Assembly: GCA_019828565.1 (NCBI GenBank)
Contig: JAHDYR010000064.1
Location: 558,001 to 622,000, forward strand
DNA from: Carpediemonas membranifera BICM
Taxonomy: Eukaryota; Protista; Fornicata
Direction of reading: 5' to 3'
DNA: 64,000 nucleotides
Made by a program: the position numbers and the translations under genes
In this document: in pieces, positions 61,688 through 64,000 of the stretch
Layout: every line of letters begins with the position of its first letter
Numbering within the stretch: the first letter of the stretch is position 1
Notes under the pieces: model-generated
What the model saw: only the letters and a program-made list of their open reading frames with translations
The model's database searches: none
What the model was told of the DNA's origin: nothing

Positions 61688-63313
61688 TTACCGCATCATG
61701 AACTTCTTTGACTTCATTTTGGTCTGCACGCGGGCGACGTTTGCGTACATGGCCTCGCTCTTCATTGCCGCGTTGCCCCGCTGCACCTGGTGCGACCATG
61801 CCGACCCCATCGCATACTGGTCCATCGCCGCTACGGAGACCAGCAACGACGCCAGCGCCTGATCCAGGTCGCTGATGAAGCCGTCCTTGACGTAGACCGG
61901 GATCGTGGACGCCTTCACTCGCGTCAGCAGTCCCTCGAGCAGCTCGCGTGCCTTTTCCGGGCTTGAGCGGGCGACCTCCCGGGCTTGCTTCATGACGAGC
62001 ACGACGTCACGCCGTATGATATTCTGCGCGAGAAGATCGGACTCCTCGCGGGTTGAAGTGCCGCCCCGCTCGATCTCCAGCGAAACCGGCGGGATGGTGG
62101 CCTCGGCCTTGGCCTTGATGTCGAAGTAGGAGACGGTCATCGTCATCGCAGTCCAGCGCTCGTCCGGCCCGAGCAGCGCTGGCACCTCTGCCGTGAAGGG
62201 GATGTCGCGCCGCTCGCCGAGGGAGATGTCAGTAGGCAGGGTGAACTCGATGACCCCGGGCCCCGCTGTGACCTGGCCGCCGGTAAAGACGGATTCGGCA
62301 GGCACTGTGACGCCGGGGGCGAGTGTCAGAGTGACCTTGGTGCGGTCCATGAAGGCGGAGACGAGGCCGCCGAGGATCTCGCCGAACACGTCCGCGACCT
62401 GGGCGTTCGCTGTGATGGGGTAGTACATGCCCGCCGCCCCCTCGGCGATGGCCGACAGCATCGCCTGGTCGTGGCTTGACCCGAGCCCGATGGTGGTGAT
62501 GCTCATGGGCTGGCCCGGCCGGTCCATCATCTCCAGAAGCATGCGGGTGTCGACGTTGGCCATGTCAACGCCGTCCGAGCCGCACACCAGCGGAGCTGAT
62601 GGGAGCTGCATCTGCTGCTGCTGCTGCTGCTGCGGGGCCGGGTGGTGGTTCTTCTTCTTCTTCTTGCCGAGCAGCCCGCCGAAAAGTCCGCCTTTGGCGA
62701 CCTTGCTGCCGGGCTGGACGTTGTTCCAGCTCGGTGCGGCAGCAATCCGGTCAATATGGGGCGCGGTGGCGTCGAACACGTGCTTGTCGCCAGAGAGCAG
62801 CTGTTTGACCCGGCCACAGATGACGCTCGCCTCGGAGTCACCCTCATTGGCAAACCCGTCTGTCAGGAGCACGAGCGAGCCGACCGGGTTGGCGTTCACA
62901 CGGTGGCGTAGGGTCACGATACCCTGGTACAGGGCTGGGGCGAGGGCCGTGCAGGACGTGGCGTTGATGCGGTTGTCGATGAGGGCGTTGATGCGGGCCT
63001 TGTCCTGAACCGCGCTGAGCTCGAAGACCGTCTCCACGTGCGAGCAGAATGAGATGATTGCGATCCTATCTTGGGGCCTCATCTCGGAAACGAGGAACTT
63101 GAGACTGAGGCGCAATAAGTCGATCCTCTCTCCACCCATAGAGCCGCTGACATCCACGACCGTAACGATGTCGATTGGCGGCCTGTCATCTTCTTCGTCG
63201 TACATCTGCGACTCAGGAACGACGATTGAGCCAAGAACGTTGATCTGCATCTTGTCCTGGTAGTTGATCGCACTATAGTCCGCGATGAGGGACGTTGTGG
63301 GAGTAACTGACAT
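61688..63313 (-). CDS. von Willebrand factor A domain protein with polyK/polyQ insertion
   Basis: DIVTVVDVSGSM MIDAS, LLTDGFAN, TIGLGSSHD..LSAIAEG, FGEILGGLVS. Confidence 0.9.
   Translation of the reverse strand: MSVTPTTSLIADYSAINYQDKMQINVLGSIVVPESQMYDEEDDRPPIDIVTVVDVSGSMGGERIDLLRLSLKFLVSEMRPQDRIAIISFCSHVETVFELSAVQDKARINALIDNRINATSCTALAPALYQGIVTLRHRVNANPVGSLVLLTDGFANEGDSEASVICGRVKQLLSGDKHVFDATAPHIDRIAAAPSWNNVQPGSKVAKGGLFGGLLGKKKKKNHHPAPQQQQQQQMQLPSAPLVCGSDGVDMANVDTRMLLEMMDRPGQPMSITTIGLGSSHDQAMLSAIAEGAAGMYYPITANAQVADVFGEILGGLVSAFMDRTKVTLTLAPGVTVPAESVFTGGQVTAGPGVIEFTLPTDISLGERRDIPFTAEVPALLGPDERWTAMTMTVSYFDIKAKAEATIPPVSLEIERGGTSTREESDLLAQNIIRRDVVLVMKQAREVARSSPEKARELLEGLLTRVKASTIPVYVKDGFISDLDQALASLLVSVAAMDQYAMGSAWSHQVQRGNAAMKSEAMYANVARVQTKMKSKKFMMR
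62612..62632. repeat. (CTG)7 microsatellite encoding polyQ
   Basis: Directly visible; followed shortly by a (TTC)5 polyK run. Confidence 0.9.
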
Positions 63314-63379
63314 TTGCTGGCTGATTATGTTGTATCTTCTTGTGAGCGCCACGCAGGATACGACAACGCCGCAAATAGC

Positions 63380-64000
63380 TGTGTTTATACTGCGCAACAC
63401 TGCCCTGTCTCCCTCCTACTCACGTCTTAAGTCGGTAGGGAGATCGTCTTCTCCAGGGCTTCCACAAAGCGTCTTCTTCGTGGACGTCAGTCCAGCTGCA
63501 AACATCACAATCGCTCACACGTCGTCTCATCGCCACCCCCATTCGCCTGAAAGTCTTCTACGGGAGCTCGGGATTCACCAAGCCTGCTGGTATGTTCATT
63601 CCTTGCGCGCCATATCGAAAGTTCGCGAGAGAGATAGTACCCCTTCTCAAGAGGTATAACATTGTCGTCGATCATAACATGGTTAACGAGGATCGCACCA
63701 CCGTCGTCTGCCCTCACTGCCACGCCCCCTACAAGCGAGTTCGTCCGCGTGATGACCAGCACGTTCACCCACATCGTGTGATGCTCTGCGAAAAAACCAC
63801 AGTGCCGTGGTGCTCAGTGGCGCGCAACAGTTCCTGATGCTCTGAATGTTGAACATCGGGACAAGAGTGCTGCAGAGAACATCCTGTGGCGTTCTCTTGC
63901 CACGGAAGATGAGCTCAGTGGCTCTCCGTTCAGTCGCACATCGATCCCACGCCTTCCAACATCATTCCAGTATCATCAATTGGCTAACCGCCACCATTCG
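63380..64000 (+). mobile_element. Fanzor/TnpB-like element, copy 2 (frameshifted, runs off window)
   Basis: 63469-64000 nearly identical to the reverse complement of 23929-24470; intact CPHC; 11-nt and 1-nt indels; structured leader 63380-63460. Confidence 0.8.

Noticed and set aside
1-64000. tRNA, rRNA or CRISPR arrays
   Set aside because: None recognised by eye; tRNAscan-SE/Infernal would be needed to exclude them.

Overview
Gene-dense, GC-rich eukaryotic (protist) DNA with very short intergenic spacers and tiny 28-32 nt spliceosomal introns. The intron style and flagellar-type genes suggest a free-living fornicate metamonad such as Carpediemonas (inference only). Housekeeping genes: Naa15, eS7, uS11, eS6, Sem1, Rpn9, Hrd1-like E3, Npl4, QTRT1, SNF1/AMPK-alpha, kinesin-3, CCDC180-like, coactosin-like, WD40, vWA. 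Also present are bacterial-type genes (multi-PAS histidine kinase, HAD phosphatase, 1-phosphofructokinase), two giant multipass TmcB/C-like membrane proteins and a decayed surface-protein pseudogene. Main discovery: two near-identical, inverted copies of a decayed Fanzor/TnpB-like RNA-guided nuclease element (about 23819-25240 minus; 63380-64000 plus). Copy 1 has a foldable omegaRNA-like 3' end terminating in GGTCAA, and a 21-nt hairpin is shared between the 3' end of copy 1 and the 5' side of copy 2. Other highlights: a ~460-nt highly structured ncRNA-like segment carrying a CCCUAACC telomere-template-like octamer between direct repeats, two spliced microproteins missed by the ORF track, and an invariant A at -6 in all 13 introns found.
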